This document shows positions 1 to 8,918 of a stretch of DNA of 45,280 bases, piece after piece. The translations under genes were made by a program, and so were the position numbers. The stretch's first letter is position 1; every line of letters starts with the position of its first letter. The notes beneath the pieces are model-generated. The model was not told the DNA's origin and did not search any database. It was given only the letters and a program-made list of their open reading frames with translations. The stretch is from Nitrospirota bacterium (GTDB lineage: Bacteria > Nitrospirota > Thermodesulfovibrionia > Thermodesulfovibrionales > SM23-35), in assembly GCA_040757455.1 (NCBI GenBank), contig JBFLXE010000002.1, positions 1 to 45,280 of the forward strand, written 5' to 3'.

Positions 1-1395
1 GGACGACAAGGCCCGCCTGAAGAGATTGATTCTATCCTCGATCGATCCGGTTATTTTCTCGATTCTGTCACCTTTAATTTCATAAATATCCGTGAAATCA
101 CAACTCACTTCCGGATAAAAGGAGAGCAACTCCAGTGGGAAAAAGGGGAAATGAGATCTGATTCCGTCAACTCTGTAATAGGCTTCTGACATATGCCCGA
201 TGAAACCGGAATTTGGCAACCAACTACTATCAGGAAAGAGTATTAAACTATCCTTGTATTTTTTATCCAGTATCGCCCTGGTTACGCTTTCTGCCAATTG
301 GCATTCTTTTTCAAAAAATGCTATTACACTGTACCCCGCTGAAAACGAATGAATTAAAAAAAATGCAATAACTGTTGCACAGCCTGCAATTTTCATATAC
401 CTATTCCTGATAGAATTCGCGTTTAAGCCCAGCATGACCGCAAAGAGAACAGTGGGTATGAACCAGTATCTATAAGTATCCAGTTGAGGATAATCGGACA
501 TCACCACGAATGATACTGACAATGCAAAAAACCAGAGTAACACCGACAATAAAAGTTTTTTTGGTCTTAATAATAAAGGGAATGCAAGAGGAATCACAGG
601 CCAATTGTAATTAAACAAAACTTTTGATTCAATGAAGATGGATCTATAAACTGCCTTAGCATAAATTAGTGGACCATAATGAAAACCGGGATACCCCCCT
701 ATTCCTTCAAGAACATATAGCCTCAGGAAAAAATGTCCTACGAGCAATAAAAAATATGGATAGGTCATAGAAAATCTTTGCCTGAAATTTCCGCCGGCTA
801 AAATAAACAATACGAAAGGCAGAGTCATGTATTGCTCTTTGCCCATAAAACTCAATTCGCTGAAAACAAGGATTATGAGAACCATGAATGGATTATTTTT
901 TGGGTTCGGTTTATTCTTGAGAAATAAATAGACTGACAGTAGCGCGAAGAGCATCGCATATAGGTACTGCCTCAATGTTATCCAGAGCAAGCAAATCAAT
1001 GAAGGCACGGCAAGCAGAACAATAATAGCGGCGAGAGAGGAACTTATCCTGTCGGTGTAGAGCCTGAGTATCCTGTAAACCATGAAAGAAGTCAGGACAA
1101 GAATGACAGCGTTATGAATATGATATGGCAACGGATTTAGACCAAACAGGAGAACATCGGGCTTAAATGAAAGAGCAACCAGCGGCGTATAAAAGAAATT
1201 TGAATAAATGCGGTTGAGAAGAATTTCTTTCAGTGACGCCGTTGAAGAGACGATGGCTGCCGCGTCATCAGAGACAAACCAGAAATCAAAAATATCTCGA
1301 TAATAAAAGAATGCAGTTACCGAAAGAAGTATTAGCACAATTCCACTCTCGGCGATGTCTCTGCCATAACGCATTCTCAGAGGAAATTTTTTCAC
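1..1395 (-). CDS. Polytopic membrane protein, candidate GT-C-fold (ArnT/PMT-like) glycosyltransferase; the 3' end runs off the left edge
   Basis: Absent from the ORF track because no stop lies inside the window. My own minus-strand translation is open from GTG 1395 (alternative ATG 1374) down to base 1: VKKFPLRMRYGRDIAESGIVLILLSVTAFFYYRDIFDFWFVSDDAAAI... It has many hydrophobic helices and an acidic DD just after the first helix, as in GT-C enzymes. It starts 10 nt after the PIG-L gene stop. Confidence 0.7.
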   Translation of the reverse strand, partial: MKKFPLRMRYGRDIAESGIVLILLSVTAFFYYRDIFDFWFVSDDAAAIVSSTASLKEILLNRIYSNFFYTPLVALSFKPDVLLFGLNPLPYHIHNAVILVLTSFMVYRILRLYTDRISSSLAAIIVLLAVPSLICLLWITLRQYLYAMLFALLSVYLFLKNKPNPKNNPFMVLIILVFSELSFMGKEQYMTLPFVLFILAGGNFRQRFSMTYPYFLLLVGHFFLRLYVLEGIGGYPGFHYGPLIYAKAVYRSIFIESKVLFNYNWPVIPLAFPLLLRPKKLLLSVLLWFFALSVSFVVMSDYPQLDTYRYWFIPTVLFAVMLGLNANSIRNRYMKIAGCATVIAFFLIHSFSAGYSVIAFFEKECQLAESVTRAILDKKYKDSLILFPDSSWLPNSGFIGHMSEAYYRVDGIRSHFPFFPLELLSFYPEVSCDFTDIYEIKGDRIEKITGSIEDRINLFRRALSS

Positions 1396-1405
1396 AGATA
1401 TGTCA

Positions 1406-2137
1406 TTATCCTGTCGAATGTGAAATCAGTGTTTTCAGGATTCTCTTCCCAGGGGTGTCTCTTTTTTCGGCATTAAAATATACAAAGGCTTCCGCGTATC
1501 GAACCTCAGCCGGCAGGGTCAAAGTCCTGCATCTATTTAGCCCTTCGACTTTACTCAAATAGTCGTTATATTCCATTTCCGTCTCGTAGCACTTAACGGC
1601 AGATTCTTTCATCCGGAATTCGCCGGATATGTTGACAAGCATATCAGGGTAAAGAGGCATGAGAATCTCATAGAAAGCCGCTGGGATTAAAAGCTCCTGA
1701 TGAAACTGCCAGCCGATAGCCGCCGCTGTTCGATGATCGGGATGTGCCTCATATGGTGAAGGGAAATAAACGAGTGAGGGGGAAAAAGCGGCTGCCTCTT
1801 TTTTCAGTCTCTCGAAGATTAAATCCTTATCTTTATAAAGCTCCCTGTCTGCGAACCCCCAGAATTCAAAGTCCTTCACACCCAGTATGGAAAGGGCCTT
1901 AACAGCCTCTTTCTGCCTGATTTTCGTATATTCAGCGCCGAAGATACCGCGAAAATCGCCTTTTTCCCCGTGACTCAGAAATATTACCTTTACGCGGCTG
2001 CCCCGTTTAATGTGCTTTACAATGCTCCCGCCGCATCCGATCGATTCATCATCCGGATGCGGCGCGACGACGAGGCAGTCGTTGTTTGAAAAATCTGACG
2101 TTTCATAGGGATATAGATCAGATTCGTTTAACACCAA
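1406..2137 (-). CDS. PIG-L / LmbE family N-acetylglucosaminyl deacetylase
   Basis: N-terminal motif VVAPHPDDESIGCGGSI plus a later HPDH motif, typical of the PIG-L family. Starts at TTG 2137 or GTG 2134. Confidence 0.85.
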   Translation of the reverse strand: MVLNESDLYPYETSDFSNNDCLVVAPHPDDESIGCGGSIVKHIKRGSRVKVIFLSHGEKGDFRGIFGAEYTKIRQKEAVKALSILGVKDFEFWGFADRELYKDKDLIFERLKKEAAAFSPSLVYFPSPYEAHPDHRTAAAIGWQFHQELLIPAAFYEILMPLYPDMLVNISGEFRMKESAVKCYETEMEYNDYLSKVEGLNRCRTLTLPAEVRYAEAFVYFNAEKRDTPGKRILKTLISHSTG

Positions 2138-2145
2138 GAGGTCAT

Positions 2146-2294
2146 CCTTATCCCAGATCCAGCGATAAGATGACAGAAACCTTTTTTAGTGTGTCATTGC
2201 AAGCACCGACAGGTGCGTGGCAATCTCACTTCGAGAGACGAGATTGCTTCGTTTCACTTGCAATGACAATCCTTATCGCCGGATCCGGGCTATT
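2146..2294 (-). repeat. 149-bp nested-palindrome MITE-like element, copy A (reverse orientation relative to copy B at 31544..31692)
   Basis: Outer inverted repeat: ccttatcccagatccagcgataag (2146-) against ccttatcgccggatccgggctatt (2271-2294). Inner inverted repeat: gtcattgcaag (2193-2203) against cttgcaatgac (2257-2267). The core gtgaaacgaagcaatctcgtctc..gtgagattgccac is nearly identical to copy B when reverse-complemented. Confidence 0.85.
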
Positions 2295-2340
2295 ATGTGC
2301 GAAACCCAATTGTATTATATAATAATACGAGCTGCGTGGC

Positions 2341-2433
2341 ATGGAAAAACACATTTTTCTTTCCGTTGTTATTCCAGCGTATAACGAGGGGCAAAGATTG
2401 CCTGGTACCCTTCGTCGCTCGATAGCTATTTAG
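2341..2433 (+). pseudogene. 5' remnant of a family-2 glycosyltransferase gene (30 codons, then a stop)
   Basis: ATG 2341 encodes MEKHIFLSVVIPAYNEGQRLPGTLRRSIAI*. SVVIPAYNE is the canonical GT2 N-terminus. The rest of the domain is missing and wzm starts 22 nt later. Confidence 0.6.
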
Positions 2434-2454
2434 AAAGAATTCCTTATAGATAGC

Positions 2455-3222
2455 GTGAAAGGCATGGCAAACATTCTCATCTATTTCTTAAAGAAGGACA
2501 TAAAGTCAAGATATGCCGGTTCCGGGCTGGGACTTATCTGGGCATTCCTGCTACCCCTTTTTCAGATTTTTCTTTTCTGGTTTGTCTTTGCAGGGATACT
2601 GAAAGCGCGGCCATTCCCCGGGTCTGAGATCCCTTATCTGCACTTTCTCCTCTCGTCCTTTTTCTGCTGGCTCGCCTTCTCCGAGGGCCTTATGAGATCA
2701 ACCACCACAATACTCGAGAATTCAGAAATAGTGAAAAAGGTATCTTTCCCTAATATTGTATTGCCTATCTCTGCGACTCTTTCCAGTTACGCACACCATC
2801 TTATAGGATTGGCAATCTTTCTGTTAATCTATACGGTGACGGTCTCCCTTCATTTCTCGTTTGTCTTCATTGTTCCGGTTCTCGCTCTCCAGATCGCTTT
2901 TTCTGCCGGCCTGGGGATGATCCTCGCTTCATTACTGCCATATTTTAGAGATTTAGGTCAGATAATGGGCTATGTTCTGCAGGGCACCTTCTTTCTCTCC
3001 CCGGTGATGTACAGCATAGATTTGATCCCGGAAAAACTCAAATTTCTTGTTCTTCTCAATCCCTTCACATACTTTGCCGTCTCGTATCAGAAAATGATTT
3101 TATTCAAAAAGCCCCCTGATTTATTTCATTTCGGGTTAGTTCTTCTATTTTCTCTTTTCGCCCTGGCAGTTGGTACTTATATTTTCAGGAGACTGAAAGA
3201 CGGTTTTGCCGATGTATTATGA
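2455..3222 (+). CDS. wzm: ABC-2 type polysaccharide/O-antigen export permease
   Basis: 255 aa with about six hydrophobic helices. N-terminal KKDIKSRYAGSGLGLIWAFLLPL is typical of ABC-2/Wzm/TagG permeases. Overlaps the ATPase gene that follows. Confidence 0.85.
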   Translation: MKGMANILIYFLKKDIKSRYAGSGLGLIWAFLLPLFQIFLFWFVFAGILKARPFPGSEIPYLHFLLSSFFCWLAFSEGLMRSTTTILENSEIVKKVSFPNIVLPISATLSSYAHHLIGLAIFLLIYTVTVSLHFSFVFIVPVLALQIAFSAGLGMILASLLPYFRDLGQIMGYVLQGTFFLSPVMYSIDLIPEKLKFLVLLNPFTYFAVSYQKMILFKKPPDLFHFGLVLLFSLFALAVGTYIFRRLKDGFADVL

Positions 3223-4390
3223 TACACAAAAAATGGATGCGGCTATCAGTGTTGCGGATCTGACGAAGATTTATAAGCTCTATGACCGGCCTTCAAACAG
3301 GCTGAAAGAGCTGTTTTTAAAGAAACCCCTTCACAAAGAGTTTCTGGCACTCGACAAGGTGACATTTGATCTGCCAAGAGGCGGCAATCTCGGAATTATA
3401 GGAGAAAATGGTGCCGGGAAAAGCACGCTTCTGAAAATTATCGCGGGGACGTTGTCCAAAACCTCTGGAGATGTCAGGGTAAACGGCAGGGTTTCTTCAT
3501 TACTTGAACTCGGATCGGGTTTTCATCCCGAATTTACGGGAATGGAGAACATTTACTTCTATGGAGCTTTGCTCGGTCTCAGCAGAAGTGAACTATCCAG
3601 TAAGATAGAGGAAATTGTGGATTTCGCTGAAATCGGAGACTTCATCAACTATCCACTAAAGACTTATTCATCAGGAATGTTTGTGAGGCTCGCATTCTCT
3701 GTCGCAACAGCCGTTGATCCCGATATCCTTGTGGTCGATGAGGCTCTATCGGTCGGGGATTTGTATTTTCAGAAGAAGAGCATAAACAAAATCATATCCT
3801 TTAAAAAACAGGGTAAGACCATCATATTTTGTTCTCATGCAATCTATTACATCAATCAGCTCTGCGAAAATGTCTTGTGGCTCAAGAACGGCAGGGTTGA
3901 GATGCTCGGACCTCATTATGACGTTACCCAGGCATACGAAAATTATCAACTCGAAAAGAAGTCAGACAGTAACGATGTGAGGCAGGACGAGATTTCAGAA
4001 GATATTTCCGATAAACCGGTTATCATCAAAGAGGTGAAGACCTTCCCGTTCCCGAATCTCAGAACCGGAGACAGCCTCAAAATAAAGATAAGCACGCTGT
4101 CCAAAAATGACTTATGTCAGTTTAAGCTTGCAATTATCCTGAAAAGAATAGACGGACTTGACATAACGAGCACTTACACAAGTGATACAAAACTCCTGCG
4201 GGGAAATCTTGAGGTGAATGTCGAGTTCCCTGCACTTCAGCTGAAAGCCGGAACGTATTTCATAAGATCGTTTCTCCTCGACGAACATATGCTTCATATT
4301 TATGATACTAAGGATTCTTTACCCTTTAATATCCCAAAAGAATCAATTGAGGTAGGAATAGTCGATCTTCCATGCAAGTGGATCATATAG
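3206..4390 (+). CDS. wzt: Polysaccharide ABC exporter ATP-binding protein with a C-terminal glycan-binding-type extension
   Basis: Walker A GENGAGKST, signature YSSGM, Walker B ILVVDEA. About 150 extra C-terminal residues, as in Wzt/TagH proteins that carry a carbohydrate-binding beta-sandwich. Confidence 0.85.
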   Translation: MPMYYDTQKMDAAISVADLTKIYKLYDRPSNRLKELFLKKPLHKEFLALDKVTFDLPRGGNLGIIGENGAGKSTLLKIIAGTLSKTSGDVRVNGRVSSLLELGSGFHPEFTGMENIYFYGALLGLSRSELSSKIEEIVDFAEIGDFINYPLKTYSSGMFVRLAFSVATAVDPDILVVDEALSVGDLYFQKKSINKIISFKKQGKTIIFCSHAIYYINQLCENVLWLKNGRVEMLGPHYDVTQAYENYQLEKKSDSNDVRQDEISEDISDKPVIIKEVKTFPFPNLRTGDSLKIKISTLSKNDLCQFKLAIILKRIDGLDITSTYTSDTKLLRGNLEVNVEFPALQLKAGTYFIRSFLLDEHMLHIYDTKDSLPFNIPKESIEVGIVDLPCKWII

Positions 4391-5574
4391 TCCAGAAGTC
4401 TGAGAAGAAGCGCAAAATCCTCTTTGTCCTGCCCACGAATACCTTTGGCGGCGCCGAGCGAGTCACATTCAATGTTCTTGGCGGACTCAGGTCATTTGAA
4501 GGAATCCTCTTAACACATAAGCCGATGAATAAATATTATGAATCTCTTAACGTAGAAATCTATAATTTTGAAGATTTCAACTGCCCCGCTCCTGATGTTT
4601 CACTCAGGGCGATACTGTCTTGCACGAAAACAATAAGAGATATTGCAAAACTTGTACATCCGTCGATTGTTTTCGGCGTCATGCATTTTGCCTCTCTTTT
4701 TGCAGCTCTTGCCAGAGATCTCTACCCCGGACTCCGCAGAATTCCAGCAATTACGAGCATTCATGGAACTTATTCATCTCATTTTGAAAGCGAAAATCGG
4801 CGGCCAACTTTTAAGGAAAAAATATTGATAAATTATCTTCTCAAAAGATCAAAAAATGCCGTTGTTCCCTCGCAGGGTATCAAATCTGACTTAGTTTTAT
4901 ACTTTGGCGTGAGGGAAGGAAAATTCAAGGTTATCTACAATGGCTATGATCTGGAATGGATAAGAAAATGCGCGAAGGAAGAAATTTCTATACCAAAGGA
5001 TTCACCGTGGATAATTACAGCATCGAGGCTCGGGCCGCCCAAAGATTTTTCTACTCTTTTACGCGCGTTCAGGATTGTTAGAAACCGCCTGAATGCGAAA
5101 CTGTTCATTATCGGCGAGGGGCCTTATGACCGGGATATAAGAGAAGAAGTGATAAAATTGGGACTCAACGGGGAAGTTCATATGCTCGGCTTTCAAGAAA
5201 ATCCATTTAAATATATTGCAAGATCGGACGTATTCGTCCTCTCGTCTCTGTCAGAGGGCCTGCCGGGATCGATAATAGAAGCAATGAGTCTTGGTATTCC
5301 CGTCGTCTCTACGGACTGTCCGTCGGGTCCAGGGGAAATTATAGAAACCGGGGAAAACGGTATCCTCGTTCCGGTCAGGAACGAGAAGGCTCTTGCGTCA
5401 GCATGTCTTTCCATACTCGAAAGCAATAGTTTCAAAATGCGCTTAGCAGCAGGAGGATTGAGTCGTGCCGAATATTTTTCGATTCAAAGGATGAACACGG
5501 AGTATGAAGAATATTTTATGACACTCATAAGTAAAAATAAAAATTCACGCAATATCAATCAGGGGGATGGATAA
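4372..5574 (+). CDS. Family 4 (GT-B) glycosyltransferase
   Basis: N-terminal ILFVLPTNTFGGAERV and C-terminal EGLPGSIIEAMSLGIPVVSTDCPSGPGEII, the GT4 sugar-donor-binding signature. Confidence 0.85.
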   Translation: MQVDHIVQKSEKKRKILFVLPTNTFGGAERVTFNVLGGLRSFEGILLTHKPMNKYYESLNVEIYNFEDFNCPAPDVSLRAILSCTKTIRDIAKLVHPSIVFGVMHFASLFAALARDLYPGLRRIPAITSIHGTYSSHFESENRRPTFKEKILINYLLKRSKNAVVPSQGIKSDLVLYFGVREGKFKVIYNGYDLEWIRKCAKEEISIPKDSPWIITASRLGPPKDFSTLLRAFRIVRNRLNAKLFIIGEGPYDRDIREEVIKLGLNGEVHMLGFQENPFKYIARSDVFVLSSLSEGLPGSIIEAMSLGIPVVSTDCPSGPGEIIETGENGILVPVRNEKALASACLSILESNSFKMRLAAGGLSRAEYFSIQRMNTEYEEYFMTLISKNKNSRNINQGDG

Positions 5575-5581
5575 TTAAATA

Positions 5582-6544
5582 ATGTCACAGTCTTCACGGA
5601 AGGCAACTATCCGCGCATACAGTCCGGGAGATGAACACGGGATCGTTCGCCTGTTCGAAGAGATATTTTGCCGAGAAATGACCCTTGAAGAATGGCGCTG
5701 GAAATATAAAGGGCTGGGTAATCAAAAGGTCTATTCTTACGTGGTAGTAAACGAAAATAATGAAATTGTAGGGCATTACGGCGCAATACCCTTACGGATG
5801 ACATATCATGGAAAGAATATCACGGGTTTAGTTACATGTGATGCCATGATTCAGCCTAAGTACAGGGGAATGTGGACATTAAGAAAACTTCATAATACCT
5901 TCGTTGATTCGCAAGTCCAGAATGGGATATTCATGTTTTACGGTTTCCCCAATGAGAAAAATCTCCTCTTGCCAGCTGAAAAAATGGGTTTATATGAAAG
6001 GGTCGAGACCGTCTTAGATGCTTCCAAAGATGTCACCTTTCATGACAGTATTGAAAGGTTTCTTTACAAACTTGAACCTCTAAACTTCCATGATCGGAGG
6101 ATTGATCGATTGTGGTCCTCCGTCAAAGAGCATTTTCCGTTATCGATAATAAGAGACGGGTTCTATTTTCAATGGAGATATGAACAGCATCATCTTTTCA
6201 CATATGAAATCTGGAGCCTTAAACGTAGAGCATCAAAGAATTTAGTTGGTTTGGTTGTTCTTAAGAAAGATGATATTGAAAAACTCTTATTGATGGACTT
6301 GGTCTTTCACCCGCGGACATTTCGCCCCCTCCTTAAAAAAGTGGAAAATCTCGCTTTCAAACTCGGAAAAAAGAAATTAAACCTCTGGCTTCCCCAACGA
6401 ATGCATCCCGAATTAAGAAAACTTGGTTTTGCATTTGTGCCGTCAGGCGCTATTCTTCCGCGTTCCACGCATCCGGCAACTATAAAAAAGGAGGAGATGC
6501 AGAGTTACTTTTACTACACTTGCGGAGATACGGATTTTTTGTGA
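5582..6544 (+). CDS. GNAT-family N-acetyltransferase-like protein
   Basis: N-terminal IRAYSPGDEHGIVRLFEEIF..EEWRWKY, then GHYGAIP...QPKYRGMW, resembling the acetyl-CoA-binding core of GNAT proteins found in glycan loci. Confidence 0.6.
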   Translation: MSQSSRKATIRAYSPGDEHGIVRLFEEIFCREMTLEEWRWKYKGLGNQKVYSYVVVNENNEIVGHYGAIPLRMTYHGKNITGLVTCDAMIQPKYRGMWTLRKLHNTFVDSQVQNGIFMFYGFPNEKNLLLPAEKMGLYERVETVLDASKDVTFHDSIERFLYKLEPLNFHDRRIDRLWSSVKEHFPLSIIRDGFYFQWRYEQHHLFTYEIWSLKRRASKNLVGLVVLKKDDIEKLLLMDLVFHPRTFRPLLKKVENLAFKLGKKKLNLWLPQRMHPELRKLGFAFVPSGAILPRSTHPATIKKEEMQSYFYYTCGDTDFL

Positions 6545-6872
6545 TTAAGATTCCCTGGACAGTGAATAGTTAATCCCAAAACCAGCGATAATTTGTCGTA
6601 ATGGCTGATAATGGCCTCAATCTACTAAGCTATCCAGTGAAGCACTCTGGCTTCCTGTATGTATGGAAATATAAACACAACATGATGCACAAAACACACA
6701 ACTGCTTCTTTCCGGGTCTTCACCTTACTGGAATTATCCTTGTAGATAGCAATTTCGAAAATCACAGAAGTTGGTCTGCTTTTTGCTAATACATAGACAC
6801 ATAACTGCAAAAGACGCACCAAAAATTAATGTTTAAGTTGAAAAACCTATATTTTTAAAATTGAAAAAAGAC

Positions 6873-6901
6873 TTGACATAAGAATCTTCTTTTAGTATAT
6901 T
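6873..6901 (+). promoter_or_regulatory. Sigma70-type promoter (TTGACA, 17-nt spacer, TATATT)
   Basis: ttgaca at 6873-6878, a 17-nt spacer, tatatt at 6896-6901. AGGGG lies 8 nt before ATG 6930. Confidence 0.55.
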
Positions 6902-6929
6902 TTTGTGGAAAGTTGTAGGGGTAATATTT

Positions 6930-7426
6930 ATGAGGTTGACAGGTTCGAAAACGAAGATCGTATTTAATGGTGTAATTTTTCTGATGTTTTTTTTTCTGCA
7001 TGTGCTGTAAGGCAGGATGTAAAGAAAACCATATCCGATGAAGAGGTTTTAAGACAGAGAGTGATGGCTTACTGGAATTACAAAATAAAGAAAGAATTTG
7101 ACAAGGCATATGAATATGAGTATCCTGTTGCTAAAAGATCTTTGACAACGTATATTGCAAAACATGCAAATCCAATGCTTGAATATAAGAGCTTCGAACT
7201 GAAATCCATGGTGAAAAAGGCTGATCATCTTGCGGATGTGGAATTGACGGTTGTGCCGGTAGTGAAGGTCCCGGGTATGAGAGCCTTTGAACGTACGATA
7301 ACTATAAAAGAACGATGGGTGAAGGTTGATGAAGTGTGGTATCATATGGAGGCAAGCTCGAGTAGCTTCACCCATAGGGAACAAAGGGAGGTGATGTTAA
7401 GAACTAAAAAACGGGTTACCATATGA
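6930..7426 (+). CDS. Putative small lipoprotein interrupted by a 1-nt frameshift in a T9 tract (the track only calls GTG 7061..7426)
   Basis: ATG 6930 encodes MRLTGSKTKIVFNGVIFLMFFF, then stops at 7008. The frame of the 7061 ORF is already open from 6968 and reads ..SACAVRQDVKK... One extra T in the 6987-6995 run joins the two frames into a signal peptide with lipobox F-S-A-C. Confidence 0.5.
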
Positions 7427-7484
7427 TGCCTTAAAATTATAAAAGTGTAACCGGCATCCTAATTTTAATCAAAAAGGAGGAGAA

Positions 7485-8858
7485 ATGATTAAGAAAAGTT
7501 TTCTAACAGCACTGCTTGTAGCTATCGGCATCTTTGCATTTAGCCTAGCACAGGCAGACCAGATCGACGGCCTCGCTAATTCGGCCGGGCCAGCGTCACC
7601 AACGACAATCTATGTTAATCCGGGCGGTTTGGGTGATGCCTTGATTTATGGTTATTATAACGCGAGAGGATCATTTAATCTTATCAGGGTAGTTAATGTT
7701 AGCACAAACACAGGTGTTAGCGCTAAGGTGAGATTCAGGGAAGGAGAAGACAGTAATGAAGTACTTGACTTCTTCATCTGCCTCAGCGCAGGGGATCAGT
7801 GGAGCGCTTTCCTCATTGACGACGGCAATGTAAACAACCCGGCACAACTTGTCTGGTTTGATGATGATACACCAACGTTCCCGGATCCTCAAGGAAATAA
7901 TGTTGTAACAGATAACTTCCTGGCATCTGTAAGTCTTTCCACGGCAGCAGCTACCTCTGTTACCGCTGATGACACAAAAGAAGGGTATCTCGAGATTATT
8001 GGTGTTTCTGCATGGGCTGACGTCCCTGGTTCGGCAAAGGTCGTCGATACCCCTAATGCATGTGGTGAGACAATTGGCATTTTCGGCATAGATGAGCCGG
8101 GATTTGTAGCTCCGTCTCTTTTCGACGTGCCAAATGTTCTTGCCGGTAATGACTATATCTTCAATGTCGCTGCAGGCGCAGGAACATATGCTTACAATGC
8201 AACTCCTTTGGCTAATTTCCGGAGTACCATTGTTGCGAACCCAGGTCTTGGCACTGATGATCCTCCACGTTTGAGCGACGCAACAGAGACCTTGAATGCC
8301 GTCAACTATGTGCTTACAAAAGCCACGGAGCATGCTATCTATGACATCTCGTCCTTGCTGGGCGGTGGTGCGATGATCATTAATACATTCCCCACAAAGA
8401 GGCTGAGCATAGAGCTAGATCCTCTTGGAACACTCAATGGGCCATTCAATGACGCCGCTATCATTGAAACTGACGGAGAAATAGGAGACAGCGTTGCACG
8501 TTGTGAACAAATATCACTTCTTGTCTGGGACGATGCCGAAAATACCCCGGGTGCAACTGTTGGTTTCTCTCCCTCCGAGCCTGTTGTAAGGAGCAAATGC
8601 GACGAGGTGAGCGTGTTGCTTGTTGGTGATACAGCCACGGCTCTTCTCAACACTGAACTCGATCAGTTTAACATACCGGTAACTGGCTTCCAGCTCGGGC
8701 ATATAGACATCACCTTAACGGGTACTGGCAGAACAACAACAGTGGGCGCTCTTACAACCTCCGGTCTACCGGTAATCAGCTATGAGTTGCAGGGCTTCAT
8801 CGATGGTTTCTTCACTCACATGCTTCCGCTCAGATATACGACACAGATCGGGCCGTAA
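7485..8858 (+). CDS. Secreted protein of unknown function (457 aa); candidate abundant surface or exported protein
   Basis: Perfect SD aaaggaggagaaATG. Signal peptide MIKKSFLTALLVAIGIFAFSLAQA. The body is rich in G/T/N/D/V. A strong terminator follows. I do not recognise the family. Confidence 0.85.
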   Translation: MIKKSFLTALLVAIGIFAFSLAQADQIDGLANSAGPASPTTIYVNPGGLGDALIYGYYNARGSFNLIRVVNVSTNTGVSAKVRFREGEDSNEVLDFFICLSAGDQWSAFLIDDGNVNNPAQLVWFDDDTPTFPDPQGNNVVTDNFLASVSLSTAAATSVTADDTKEGYLEIIGVSAWADVPGSAKVVDTPNACGETIGIFGIDEPGFVAPSLFDVPNVLAGNDYIFNVAAGAGTYAYNATPLANFRSTIVANPGLGTDDPPRLSDATETLNAVNYVLTKATEHAIYDISSLLGGGAMIINTFPTKRLSIELDPLGTLNGPFNDAAIIETDGEIGDSVARCEQISLLVWDDAENTPGATVGFSPSEPVVRSKCDEVSVLLVGDTATALLNTELDQFNIPVTGFQLGHIDITLTGTGRTTTVGALTTSGLPVISYELQGFIDGFFTHMLPLRYTTQIGP

Positions 8859-8888
8859 TACTGTAAAGCCCTTATTCTTTAACTTCAA

Positions 8889-8918
8889 GGAGGCAGGAAC
8901 CCCCTGCCTCCTTTTTTT
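8889..8918 (+). terminator. Rho-independent terminator
   Basis: ggaggcagg (8889-8897), loop aaccc, cctgcctcc (8903-8911), then a T7 run. Confidence 0.85.

Noticed and set aside
2086-2322. 78-aa ORF, plus similar ORFs at 26385..26609 and 31282..31563
   Set aside because: These are translations of the intergenic repeat elements (MITE-like copies and hairpin modules). They have no SD and their boundaries follow the repeats.
6938-6952. A tRNA T-arm-like ggttcgaaa
   Set aside because: No acceptor stem, D-arm or anticodon arm can be folded around it, and it lies inside the lipoprotein signal-peptide coding region. I found no tRNA or rRNA in the window.
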